Shown in pieces: positions 10,746 to 18,799 of a stretch of DNA of 64,000 nucleotides (positions within the stretch are counted from its first letter, which is position 1; the number at the start of each line of letters is the position of its first letter). Origin of the DNA: an uncultured Chloroflexia bacterium. Its GTDB lineage: Bacteria; Chloroflexota; Limnocylindria; Limnocylindrales; CSP1-4. Location of the stretch: NCBI GenBank assembly GCA_963781705.1, contig CAWAGP010000001.1, positions 135,406 through 199,405 on the forward strand. Reading direction: 5' to 3'. Under the pieces are notes generated by a model, which was given only the letters and a program-made list of their open reading frames with translations, was not told where the DNA came from and did not search any database. Position numbers and translations under genes: made by a program.

Positions 10746-11184
10746 GCTACGCAGTACCGCTCAGCGCAAGGCCGACGTGCTGGCCATGCTCGAACAGCAC
10801 GGCCACGCCTGGCTGGCGACTGCCGAGGGTTCGGTTCCGCACGTGATCGTGACCCAGGCGGTGTGGGACGGTGAGTCGATCGTGGTGACCACTCGGGAGA
10901 CGAGCCGGACGGGCCGCAACCTGGACGAAAGCCAGGCGGGCCGGCTGGCGTTCGGCAACGCGGAGGACGCGATCCTGGTTGACGTCGAACTCACCAAGTC
11001 ACTGCCCGCGGCCGATGCCGGCGCAACGGGCGCGACGTTCGAGAAGGCGGCCGGATGGAACCCGGCTGAAGAAGGGGCGGATTGGCGCTATTTCGTGCTC
11101 CATCCGACCCGCATACAGGCCTACCGTGGCTACGGCGAGATCGACGGCCGTGACGTTATGAGGAACGGGCGCTGGCTGGCCTGA
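10738..11184 (+). CDS. Pyridoxamine 5'-phosphate oxidase-like FMN/F420-binding family protein
   Basis: Size and pattern (GHAWLATAE...) fit the PPOX-like split-barrel family. It overlaps glnS by 8 nt, which suggests an operon. Confidence 0.6.
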   Translation: MGELRSTAQRKADVLAMLEQHGHAWLATAEGSVPHVIVTQAVWDGESIVVTTRETSRTGRNLDESQAGRLAFGNAEDAILVDVELTKSLPAADAGATGATFEKAAGWNPAEEGADWRYFVLHPTRIQAYRGYGEIDGRDVMRNGRWLA

Positions 11185-11216
11185 CAGGCAGCCGGGTTTA
11201 GACTTCGATGCGCCAC

Positions 11217-11291
11217 TGGCGCGTGGCTCAACGGTAGAGCACCTGACTCTGGATCAGGGGGTTGAAGGTTCGAATCCTTCCGCGCCAGCCA
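11217..11291 (+). tRNA. tRNA-Gln, anticodon CUG (second, diverged copy)
   Basis: Acceptor TGGCGCG/CGCGCCA, discriminator G, CCA. D-stem GCT/AGC. The anticodon arm is identical to copy 1 (CCTGA-CTCTGGA-TCAGG). T arm GAAGG-TTCGAAT-CCTTC. The compensatory differences from copy 1 show the two are not a recent duplication. Confidence 0.9.
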
Positions 11292-11439
11292 CTCCCCGGG
11301 CACAGGGAGCCACGTCGGCATGGCGGCCCCTGCTGCGCGCGCGGGCCTGCGACGTGCGAGATGCACCAGGCCTTATCGGTCGCGCTGATGGGCGGGATCG
11401 TGCTCTGGACCTGTAACGCTACGGATCGCCGAGGATGAA

Positions 11440-12354
11440 ATGACCGCTCAACCAACCACCACACCAGCGCACATCGAGCACCGCGTCGAGGCGCCTGACG
11501 GCAGAACGTTGGCTGTCGCGGAATGGGGTGACCCCAAAGGCGTCGCCTTGATCGAGTTCCACGGCACGCCCGGCGGCCGGATCAGCTACTGGCTCGATCC
11601 CACGATCGATCAACGGCACGGCGTTCGGCGCATCACCTTCGACCGGCCGGGCTACGGCGAGTCGACCCGGCTGCCGGGCCGTAGCGTCGCCGACATCGTC
11701 GCCGACGTCGTCGCCATCGCGGATGCGCTGGGCGTGGATCGCTTCGCCGTGACCGGCGGCTCGGGTGGCGGACCGCACGCTCTCGCCTGCGCGGCTCTCC
11801 TGCCGGATCGGGTGCTGCGCTGCCTGGCCGCCGTCACCCCTGCGCCATACGGCGCCGAGGGCCTCGACTGGCTGGCCGGTCAGACCGCCGGCAATGTTGA
11901 GGAATTCCAGGCGGCGCTCGAGGGTGAGGATGCCATCCGCCCGGTGGCTGAACGAGAGCGGGAAACGGTCCTCGAGCGCCTGTCCGCGGGCCGCGTTGAT
12001 TTCTTCGGCGACTCCTATGAACTCGCGGAGGCCGACAGGCAACAGATGGCCAGGCACTTCGCACAGGCGGCCGACCAGCTGGCCAATGCGTTGGCGCAGG
12101 GCGTCGACGGTTGGGTCGACGACGACATCTGCTTCTCCAGGCCATGGGGCTTCGAAGTCGGCTCGATCGCCGTGCCCGTGTATCTCACCTACGGCCGAGA
12201 GGACACGCTGGTGCCCGCCGCCCACGGTGACTGGCTGGCGGCGCGCATCCCGGGCGTCAGGGTCGTCGTCAACGACGCGGCGGGGCACATGGGCGATGAC
12301 GGCCAGATCGAGGAGCACTATGCCTGGCTGGCAGGAGAGCAAGCCGACCGCTGA
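11440..12354 (+). CDS. Alpha/beta hydrolase fold protein
   Basis: Nucleophile elbow TGGSGGG (GxSxG). HGTPGG oxyanion region. SD GAGGA lies upstream of the ATG. Confidence 0.75.
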   Translation: MTAQPTTTPAHIEHRVEAPDGRTLAVAEWGDPKGVALIEFHGTPGGRISYWLDPTIDQRHGVRRITFDRPGYGESTRLPGRSVADIVADVVAIADALGVDRFAVTGGSGGGPHALACAALLPDRVLRCLAAVTPAPYGAEGLDWLAGQTAGNVEEFQAALEGEDAIRPVAERERETVLERLSAGRVDFFGDSYELAEADRQQMARHFAQAADQLANALAQGVDGWVDDDICFSRPWGFEVGSIAVPVYLTYGREDTLVPAAHGDWLAARIPGVRVVVNDAAGHMGDDGQIEEHYAWLAGEQADR

Positions 12355-12536
12355 TCGGTCAGGCAGCGTGGCGGCCGGTGGTCGGGTGGTGCGTGCGCGC
12401 ACAGCAGTATCGGTGCCCGCACCTGGCACTGACGGACCGTTGCGCTGCGGGCACGAGAGGGCGACTATTGGGTGAGACAGCGGCACGCCGTGCGCCCCAG
12501 CCATGAATGCCGCGAACATCAGGTGGAGGGACCTGG

Positions 12537-13052
12537 ATGGCTGCGCAACGCCGTACTTCGGCTCGATTCGCATTGGTGGCTCTGGCTCTGTTCGCTGCCG
12601 CCCAGCTCCCAGCGCCCGTCGCGGCGGCGACACCAGAGGTAGGGACGGCGACAGTCCAGACGGAGTACGAGAGCGTCTACGCCACGGCGGTCTCCAAACT
12701 GGGCGACCACTGGAAATTCCGCGGCCGTGGTCCGAACCGCTTCGACTGCTCGGGCCTCGTCTGGTATGTCTTCCATGAGAACGGCCTGCAGGACCGCATC
12801 GGCGGTTATCGCAGCGCTGCCGGCTACTTCAAATGGTTCAAGGCACGCGGCCTGGTCAGTCGCACCGATCCCCAGGTCGGCGACCTGGTCGTATGGGGCA
12901 ACAACGTGCACATCGGCATGTATGTCGGTGATGGCAAGGCCATCAGCACGCTGACCACCAGCCGCGGTGTCTCGAGAACCCCGATCAAGGGCTACCTGGG
13001 AGTCCGCTTCAAGGCGTACCTGCACGTGGACCTGACGCGCCCAACTCTGTAG
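12537..13052 (+). CDS. Secreted NlpC/P60 (C40) peptidoglycan endopeptidase
   Basis: ATG at 12537 with SD GGTGGAGGGA. Signal peptide MAAQRRTSARFALVALALFAAA. Catalytic FDCSGLVWYVF followed by a downstream His. Confidence 0.8.
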   Translation: MAAQRRTSARFALVALALFAAAQLPAPVAAATPEVGTATVQTEYESVYATAVSKLGDHWKFRGRGPNRFDCSGLVWYVFHENGLQDRIGGYRSAAGYFKWFKARGLVSRTDPQVGDLVVWGNNVHIGMYVGDGKAISTLTTSRGVSRTPIKGYLGVRFKAYLHVDLTRPTL

Positions 13053-13060
13053 CCCCCGCC

Positions 13061-14314
13061 TCAGGGCTCGACGGCCGCCACGTCTGACGGCTGCCGGATG
13101 CGCGGCAGCGACGAGAACACCAGCAGCAGGATCGAGACGGCCATACCCGCCCAACCGATGGCGATCCCGCCGCGCACGCCGATGACGCCGGCGAGCGCAG
13201 CCGCCAGGAGCGCGCCGAGTGGGTAGGCAATGCCGTGCGAGAAGACCTCGAGCGTGGCGTTGACGCGGCCCAGGATGGTGTCGGGAATGACGCCCTGGAT
13301 GAGCGACAGCTCGGCCACGCCCTCGACGGTCTGCAGGCCGTCGCCGACCAGTTGCGGGACGAAGACCATCAGCGTCGCCAGCCACAGCGGGCCACCCGCG
13401 AGCGGGGTAAGGACGCCGACCACCGAGGCGCCGGTTGCCATCCAGATGAGCGCGGGGCCAAAACCCAGTCGGGCGATCACGCGCGAGGCGAAGAACGAGC
13501 CGACGAGCGAGCCGACGCCGCCGGCGGATACGACGATGCCGAGCAGCAGCGGGCTCAATTGCAGGTCGTTGATCAGGTAGAGCGTGTACAGCACCCCGTA
13601 GAACGACCCGGCCACGTGCGCGATCACCGAGCGCAGCGTCAGGGGCACGAGCACCGGGTGTCGACGAACGAGCTGCAGACCCTCCAGGATCTCCTTGCGG
13701 ATGGGCGTCCCGGACGTTCGCTGCGGGCGCTCCGGCTCAGGCTTCCGAATGAGGGCCAGAGACGCCGCCGAGACGACAAACGAGATCGCGTCGGTCAGGA
13801 TCGCGAACGGCGCGCCGATCAATTGCACGAGGCCGCCGCCCAGGCCGGGACCACCTATTTCCGCCAACGATGAGCTGGCGGCCAGCTTGCTGTTGCCCTC
13901 GACGACGCGATCCAGCCCGACCAGCGACGGGACGTAGGCAGGGTAGGCGGCATCGAACAGGGCGCCGAGACAGCCTTCGAGGAACACGACCAGGTATAGC
14001 TGGGTCAGGGTCAGGACACCGGCCAGGTAGGCAACCGGAATCGAGAACAGGAGGACTGCCCGGATGGCGTCGGCCGAGATGAGCAGCGGCAGCCGGCGAA
14101 CGCGATCGACCCAGGCGCCGGCGAAGAAGCCGACCAGCAGCACGGCGAGGCTGGCCGCGACGACGAGCATGGCCATCTCGAACGGTCCGGCGCCGAGGAC
14201 CAGCAGCGCCACGAGCGGCACGGCCGTGCGCGTGACGACCGAGCCGAGCTCGGAGATGGTCTGCCCGGTCCACAACTTCATGAAGTCGGCGTTATGCCAC
14301 AGCGACACGGTCAC
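13061..14314 (-). CDS. MFS transporter (same subfamily as 6994-8235)
   Basis: Multiple TM helices. The N-terminus FMKLWTGQTISELGS is paralogous to the earlier MFS. Confidence 0.75.
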   Translation of the reverse strand: MTVSLWHNADFMKLWTGQTISELGSVVTRTAVPLVALLVLGAGPFEMAMLVVAASLAVLLVGFFAGAWVDRVRRLPLLISADAIRAVLLFSIPVAYLAGVLTLTQLYLVVFLEGCLGALFDAAYPAYVPSLVGLDRVVEGNSKLAASSSLAEIGGPGLGGGLVQLIGAPFAILTDAISFVVSAASLALIRKPEPERPQRTSGTPIRKEILEGLQLVRRHPVLVPLTLRSVIAHVAGSFYGVLYTLYLINDLQLSPLLLGIVVSAGGVGSLVGSFFASRVIARLGFGPALIWMATGASVVGVLTPLAGGPLWLATLMVFVPQLVGDGLQTVEGVAELSLIQGVIPDTILGRVNATLEVFSHGIAYPLGALLAAALAGVIGVRGGIAIGWAGMAVSILLLVFSSLPRIRQPSDVAAVEP

Positions 14315-14348
14315 GGTCGGGCAGCATACCCGGGCGAGGAGCCTGGTT

Positions 14349-15320
14349 TCAGCGACCCGCCAGCTTCAGCACGTTGAGGGCGTGCAGCGTCAGCGCCTCG
14401 GAGGGACGGTTCTTGCCCCAGTCGATCACGTCGGTGAGCGAAGTGACATGGCTACCGGCCTGCCACCAGGCGCGTTTGGCCGAGAAGCGACCGTCCGCCT
14501 GGCGCAGCGACTCCAGCCGGTCGAGTGCAGCGCCGGCGCGCGGGTCGCGCAGTAGCGTGACATCGGTGGCTGCCAGCACCCGCAGCCCCGCCAGGAAGTC
14601 GTAGTGCCAGTAGGCCGGCCAATGCAGGGCGGCCATGCTGGAATGGATCTCGCGGCGCCCATCGAGCGTGCGGAAGAGCCGGTGGTCGAGCAGCAGTTCG
14701 GCGGTTCGGCGGGCCGCAGCGTCAGCATCGGCGACCAAGGCGTCGCCGTCGCCCATCACGTCGCGCCACGTGGCAAGACCGACGGCCGTCGCCCAGCTCT
14801 CGTGGAAGCTCGAACGGTAACCGGACGATTGACGATCGCAGTTCCAGCCGCCGTCCGGCCATTGCCATTCGAGCAGCTTCTCGACGAGCCGCCGCGCCCG
14901 CGCATCGGCCGCGTGCCCGAAGCGCGATGCCGCATACAGCGCGTTGCCTTCCATGGACGCGTCGGCGCGATAGAGGCCAGCGACGCGCGGCACGGACTCC
15001 AGGTGGCGCGGGTTGGCGATCCAGGCCAGTTCGCGATCGATGGCGGCATCCAACCGTTGGCGAACGTCGGGCCGGCCGTCGATCCGCGGGTCGAAGTCCG
15101 CCAGGCTGACCAGCCGCCAGTGCAACCCCCACCACTTGCGGTAAGGTGACACTTCCGGGCCCGGGAAGCCCAGCAGCGTACCGATGATTGGCCCGTCGAA
15201 GACCAGCGCGCCGTCTGCGCCGACCGCGCGATCCGTGACCGGCTTGTCCAACAGCCACGTCCGAGTTCGGTAACGGACTGCCGGCTCCTGCGAGGCCATC
15301 AACCAATCAAGCGCGTTCAC
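14349..15320 (-). CDS. Hypothetical protein with a QW-like motif (LLEWQWPDGGWN); possible prenyltransferase/terpene-cyclase-like alpha-alpha toroid
   Basis: The start is placed at GTG 15320 with the SD GGGAGG 7 nt upstream. The fold assignment rests only on the motif and the Trp-rich composition. Confidence 0.5.
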   Translation of the reverse strand: MNALDWLMASQEPAVRYRTRTWLLDKPVTDRAVGADGALVFDGPIIGTLLGFPGPEVSPYRKWWGLHWRLVSLADFDPRIDGRPDVRQRLDAAIDRELAWIANPRHLESVPRVAGLYRADASMEGNALYAASRFGHAADARARRLVEKLLEWQWPDGGWNCDRQSSGYRSSFHESWATAVGLATWRDVMGDGDALVADADAAARRTAELLLDHRLFRTLDGRREIHSSMAALHWPAYWHYDFLAGLRVLAATDVTLLRDPRAGAALDRLESLRQADGRFSAKRAWWQAGSHVTSLTDVIDWGKNRPSEALTLHALNVLKLAGR

Positions 15321-15478
15321 ATGGCGACCTCCCGTATGCCGCCCACGATGCCGGGCAATGCTGACACTTGCAAGCCCACGGCGAGTGGGGCACCGACGCT
15401 GGCGAACTCGATGGTGCCGCCACACGGGCCGGAGCTCCAGGCGCGCCTTTCTGGGCTGTGGTTACACTCGGGCGGACC

Positions 15479-15706
15479 ATGACCGATCGACCGACCTTTG
15501 CGCGAGATATCCGTCCGCTCTTCCGCGACAGCGACGTTCGCGCGATGAAATTCGCTTTCGACCTCACGTCCCACGAAGACGTGCGTGCCAACGCAGAGGC
15601 GATCCATCAACGGCTGGCCGACGGCAGCATGCCCTGCGACGGCGGCTGGCCGGCGGACGATGTCGCGCTGTTTCGCAGCTGGATCGATAGCGGCTCACCC
15701 GCCTGA
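15479..15706 (+). CDS. Small hypothetical protein (75 aa), divergent from the toroid-like gene
   Basis: ATG at 15479. No recognisable family. It overlaps the 3' end of the GNAT gene by 12 nt (convergent). Confidence 0.35.
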   Translation: MTDRPTFARDIRPLFRDSDVRAMKFAFDLTSHEDVRANAEAIHQRLADGSMPCDGGWPADDVALFRSWIDSGSPA

Positions 15707-16240
15707 CCGGACCATACCCAGACCGCTCAGGTCCGCGCGGCGCGTCTCGTAGAGGCACATGTCCATGTCGTGCTTCTCCCAGTGGAACTCGCGCATGCGC
15801 GCATGGACTCGCGCCGCCACGCCCTTCGAGCGGTCGTTGGTCGGCGAAACGATCGACAGCAGACGGTCGTGATCCGTATGGGCAAAGAACCAATCGCGGC
15901 ACGCGAGAGCGGCCTCCGTCGCGTAACCGTTACCCCACTCGGCGCGTAGGAAGTGATAGCCGAGCTCGGGCACCGCTTCCCCTTCGACGGGCTGCAGCAT
16001 TGGCCCGCAGTCGCCCAGGAATCGCCCGTCTGCGCGCCGCACCACGGCCCACATGCCCCAGCCGTTGTCGCGGTAGCTGGCCAGCGCGTGCTCGATCCAC
16101 ATCGCCGCTTGGTCACGGTCGAAGGCCGACTTGTACGCGTACATGGTCAGCGGGTCACCGATGATCTCGAACAGTGAATCGACGTCGTCGTAAGTCAGTT
16201 CCCGCAGCGCCAGTCGCGGCGACTCGATAGGTGGATTCAT
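15695..16240 (-). CDS. GNAT family N-acetyltransferase
   Basis: ATG at 16240 (MNPPIESPRLALRELTYDDV...), a RimJ/RimL-like N-terminus typical of GNAT acetyltransferases. Confidence 0.7.
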   Translation of the reverse strand: MNPPIESPRLALRELTYDDVDSLFEIIGDPLTMYAYKSAFDRDQAAMWIEHALASYRDNGWGMWAVVRRADGRFLGDCGPMLQPVEGEAVPELGYHFLRAEWGNGYATEAALACRDWFFAHTDHDRLLSIVSPTNDRSKGVAARVHARMREFHWEKHDMDMCLYETRRADLSGLGMVRSGG

Positions 16241-16307
16241 CGGCGCAGAGTAGCGTCCGGCGCGCGGCGCTACCACGCCGGCGCCAAATGGGCGACTATT
16301 GGTGGCG

Positions 16308-17468
16308 ATGACATCTGAGAACCCCACCCGACCCGGTGCCGCCGATCTGATTCGTTCGCTCGGCCTGATGGTCGACGGTCCGGTGGCATGGGGGCGCCCC
16401 ATTGCCAGCCGCGCACCGGGCATCTTCATCGTTGAGCTGTCCGAACCGGCCCAGCAGGCGCCGATCGACCACACCGCCTTGCGCCACTGGCTCGAGCGCG
16501 TGCCGGAGCTCACTGTCGATGGGGAGAGCCCGGACGCCACCATCCTGTGGCACCGCCTGGCCGAGTTCTGGCTGCCGGACGAGCCGGTCGTGTTCATCGG
16601 CCGCTCGTCGCGCTCGATCGGCCAGCGGTTGGCCGCGGTCTACAAGACGCCCCTCGGCGATGCCCGGCCGTCATCGCTCGGCTACTGGCTGAAGACCCTG
16701 ACGGTGCTGCCGAACACACGCACCTGGTGGGCCGATACGGAAGCACACGAGGAATACGAGGACGCCCTGCTCGACGAGATCGCGGCGCGCAACGACGGCC
16801 AACTGCCGTTCGCCAACCTTTCCTCCGCGTCGCGCGGCATGCGCGCCCACGGCCTGGCTAATGCCCTGCGCGACCCTCGAGATATGCCCGCCCGGCCAGC
16901 ATCGGGGCAGTCGGTCAGCGGCCCAACGCGACGAGCTCCGGCAGTGCGCCGGCCACGCCGTCCGGCTACCACGTCCACGCCCCGCTCATCAAAAGCCGGC
17001 AAGCCACCGCCCGAGCCCACCTTCCTGTCGGCGGAAGGCGTCGATCGGCTGACGGCCGAATTGGAAGAGCTGCGCAACAACGTTCGGCCGCTGGTCATCG
17101 CGCGGGTCAAGGCCGCGCGCGAGCTGGGCGACCTGCGCGAGAACGGCGACTATGAATACGCGCGCAAGGAGCAATCCTTCGTGGAGGGGCGCATCCAGAC
17201 GATCGAGGCGCTGCTGCGCTCCACCCAGGTCATCGATACGTCCATCAGCACCGACACGGTGCGCATGGGCTCGACGGTCGAGATCGAGAGTGATGGCCAC
17301 GTCCAGGTTTACCTGATCGTCGGCTCGAGCGAGGCCGATCCCGCCGCCGGTCGGCTGTCCTATCAGTCGCCGGTGGGCCAGGCATTGCTCGGCGCTCAGG
17401 CGGGCGACAACGTAATGGTCGAGCTGCCCAACGGGCAGCACCGCTATCGAGTCGTCGCCGTCCGCTGA
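16308..17468 (+). CDS. GreA/GreB-domain protein with an approximately 220-aa N-terminal extension of unknown function
   Basis: The C-terminal 160 aa match GreA: the coiled-coil (LTAELEELRNNVRP...LGDLRENGDYEYARKEQ) and the FKBP-like domain (RMGSTVEIE...YQSPVGQALLG). The N-terminal domain has no recognised motif. Confidence 0.7.
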   Translation: MTSENPTRPGAADLIRSLGLMVDGPVAWGRPIASRAPGIFIVELSEPAQQAPIDHTALRHWLERVPELTVDGESPDATILWHRLAEFWLPDEPVVFIGRSSRSIGQRLAAVYKTPLGDARPSSLGYWLKTLTVLPNTRTWWADTEAHEEYEDALLDEIAARNDGQLPFANLSSASRGMRAHGLANALRDPRDMPARPASGQSVSGPTRRAPAVRRPRRPATTSTPRSSKAGKPPPEPTFLSAEGVDRLTAELEELRNNVRPLVIARVKAARELGDLRENGDYEYARKEQSFVEGRIQTIEALLRSTQVIDTSISTDTVRMGSTVEIESDGHVQVYLIVGSSEADPAAGRLSYQSPVGQALLGAQAGDNVMVELPNGQHRYRVVAVR

Positions 17469-17474
17469 AGACCG

Positions 17475-17810
17475 TCAGGCCGTCGGCTGGATGACCGGCA
17501 GGACTCGCTCCGGACGCGACGGCAGCGAGCCGGGCGCGAGCTGAGCGATGTGCGCGAGGCGCGCGGCCGCCTCCGGCCGGAGGAAGTAGTAGATGAACAG
17601 CCCGCGCCGTTCGGTCTGAACCCAGCCAGCCTGGCGCAGCACGCGCAGGTGATGGCTGACGGTCGGCTGGGCCACCGTGCAGCACGCCGTGAAGTCACAG
17701 GCGCAGACGCCGGCATCGCCCGCCTGGGCCAGCTGACGCAGGATCGTCAAGCGTGTTTCGTCGGCCGCCGCCTGCAGCAGCACCACGTCGGGGTCGGTCG
17801 GACGCTTCAT
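17475..17810 (-). CDS. arsR: ArsR/SmtB family metalloregulator
   Basis: ATG at 17810. HTH region with the metal-site Cys pair (GVCACDF) and LRQAGWV. It is divergent from arsM. Confidence 0.8.
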   Translation of the reverse strand: MKRPTDPDVVLLQAAADETRLTILRQLAQAGDAGVCACDFTACCTVAQPTVSHHLRVLRQAGWVQTERRGLFIYYFLRPEAAARLAHIAQLAPGSLPSRPERVLPVIQPTA

Positions 17811-17814
17811 GCTC

Positions 17815-17860
17815 GATGTGACTATATTGACAAGCATCGATATAGTCAACTTGTCGAGGC
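17815..17860. promoter_or_regulatory. Relatively AT-rich divergent arsR/arsM promoter with interleaved inverted repeats (TGACTATAT...ATATAGTCA; TTGACAAG...CTTGTC); putative ArsR operator
   Basis: The inverted repeats are read directly. The position lies between the divergent start codons. Confidence 0.45.
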
Positions 17861-17894
17861 GGCGCGTGGCGCCGAACTGGAGCAGGAGCGAGCG

Positions 17895-18647
17895 ATGACA
17901 TCCGAGACGATCCACGAGCAGGTGCGGCTCTTCTATGCGGCGGCCGCCGCAGACGGCTGCTGCGGCGGCGACGACGCGTGCGGCTGTGGTTGCGGCGACG
18001 CCGCGCCGGCGAGCGCCGGGTTCTACTCCGCGCTGGAACGCTCCGAGCTGCCCGATGCGGCCGTTCTCGCCTCGCTCGGCTGCGGCAACCCGATTGCGGT
18101 GGCCGAGCTGCGCGAGGGCGAGCGGGTACTCGACCTGGGTTCGGGCGGCGGCATCGACGTGCTGCTGTCCGCCCGGCGGGTCGGCCCGAGCGGCCGCGCC
18201 TTTGGCCTCGACATGACCGACGAGATGCTCGCGCTGGCCCAACGCAACGCCGCGGCGGCGGGCGCGAGCAACGTCGAGTTCCTGCGCGGCCACATCGAGG
18301 ACATCCCACTGCCGGCCGAGGCGGTTGACGTCGTGATCAGCAACTGCGTGATCAATCTCGCGGCAGACAAGCCGGCCGTTTTCGCGGAGATCGCGCGCGT
18401 GCTGAAGCCCGGCGGGCGCATGGGCGTGACCGACATCGTCGCCGAAGACGGACTGACGCCCGAGCAGCGCGCGCAGCGCGGCTCATATGCTGGCTGCGTC
18501 GCGGGTGCCCTGTCATTCAAAGAATTCCGGGCGGGCCTCTCCGCGGCCGGCCTCACGAACGTATCGCTGACGCCCACGCACGCCGTCGCGGACGGCATGG
18601 TCAGCGCGATCATCAAGGCGACCAAGCCGTTGAGCCCTACTTCCTAA
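17895..18647 (+). CDS. arsM: Arsenite S-adenosylmethionine methyltransferase (ArsM-like)
   Basis: ATG at 17895 with SD GGAGCAGGAG. Cys-rich N-terminus ([13 protein letters not shown]). SAM motif VLDLGSGGG. It is divergent from arsR. Confidence 0.75.
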   Translation: MTSETIHEQVRLFYAAAAADGCCGGDDACGCGCGDAAPASAGFYSALERSELPDAAVLASLGCGNPIAVAELREGERVLDLGSGGGIDVLLSARRVGPSGRAFGLDMTDEMLALAQRNAAAAGASNVEFLRGHIEDIPLPAEAVDVVISNCVINLAADKPAVFAEIARVLKPGGRMGVTDIVAEDGLTPEQRAQRGSYAGCVAGALSFKEFRAGLSAAGLTNVSLTPTHAVADGMVSAIIKATKPLSPTS

Positions 18648-18799
18648 GTCCGCTCGCGGCCGCTCAGGTCAACGCACGCTTGACGCGCGGTGTATACCGG
18701 CGTGGGAGGAAGCCTCGCCCGATATGAGGTTAGCTAACTGACCCCATCCGGCGACGGCACGGTAGCGACACTTTGCATGCCCGACCACTGAAGCGTTCC

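Noticed and set aside
8959-11291. Calling the tRNA-Gln-flanked glnS segment a mobile genomic island
   Set aside because: There is no integrase, transposase or recombinase. The two tRNA copies are diverged, so they are not fresh att duplications. Only a hypothesis of ancient acquisition is retained.
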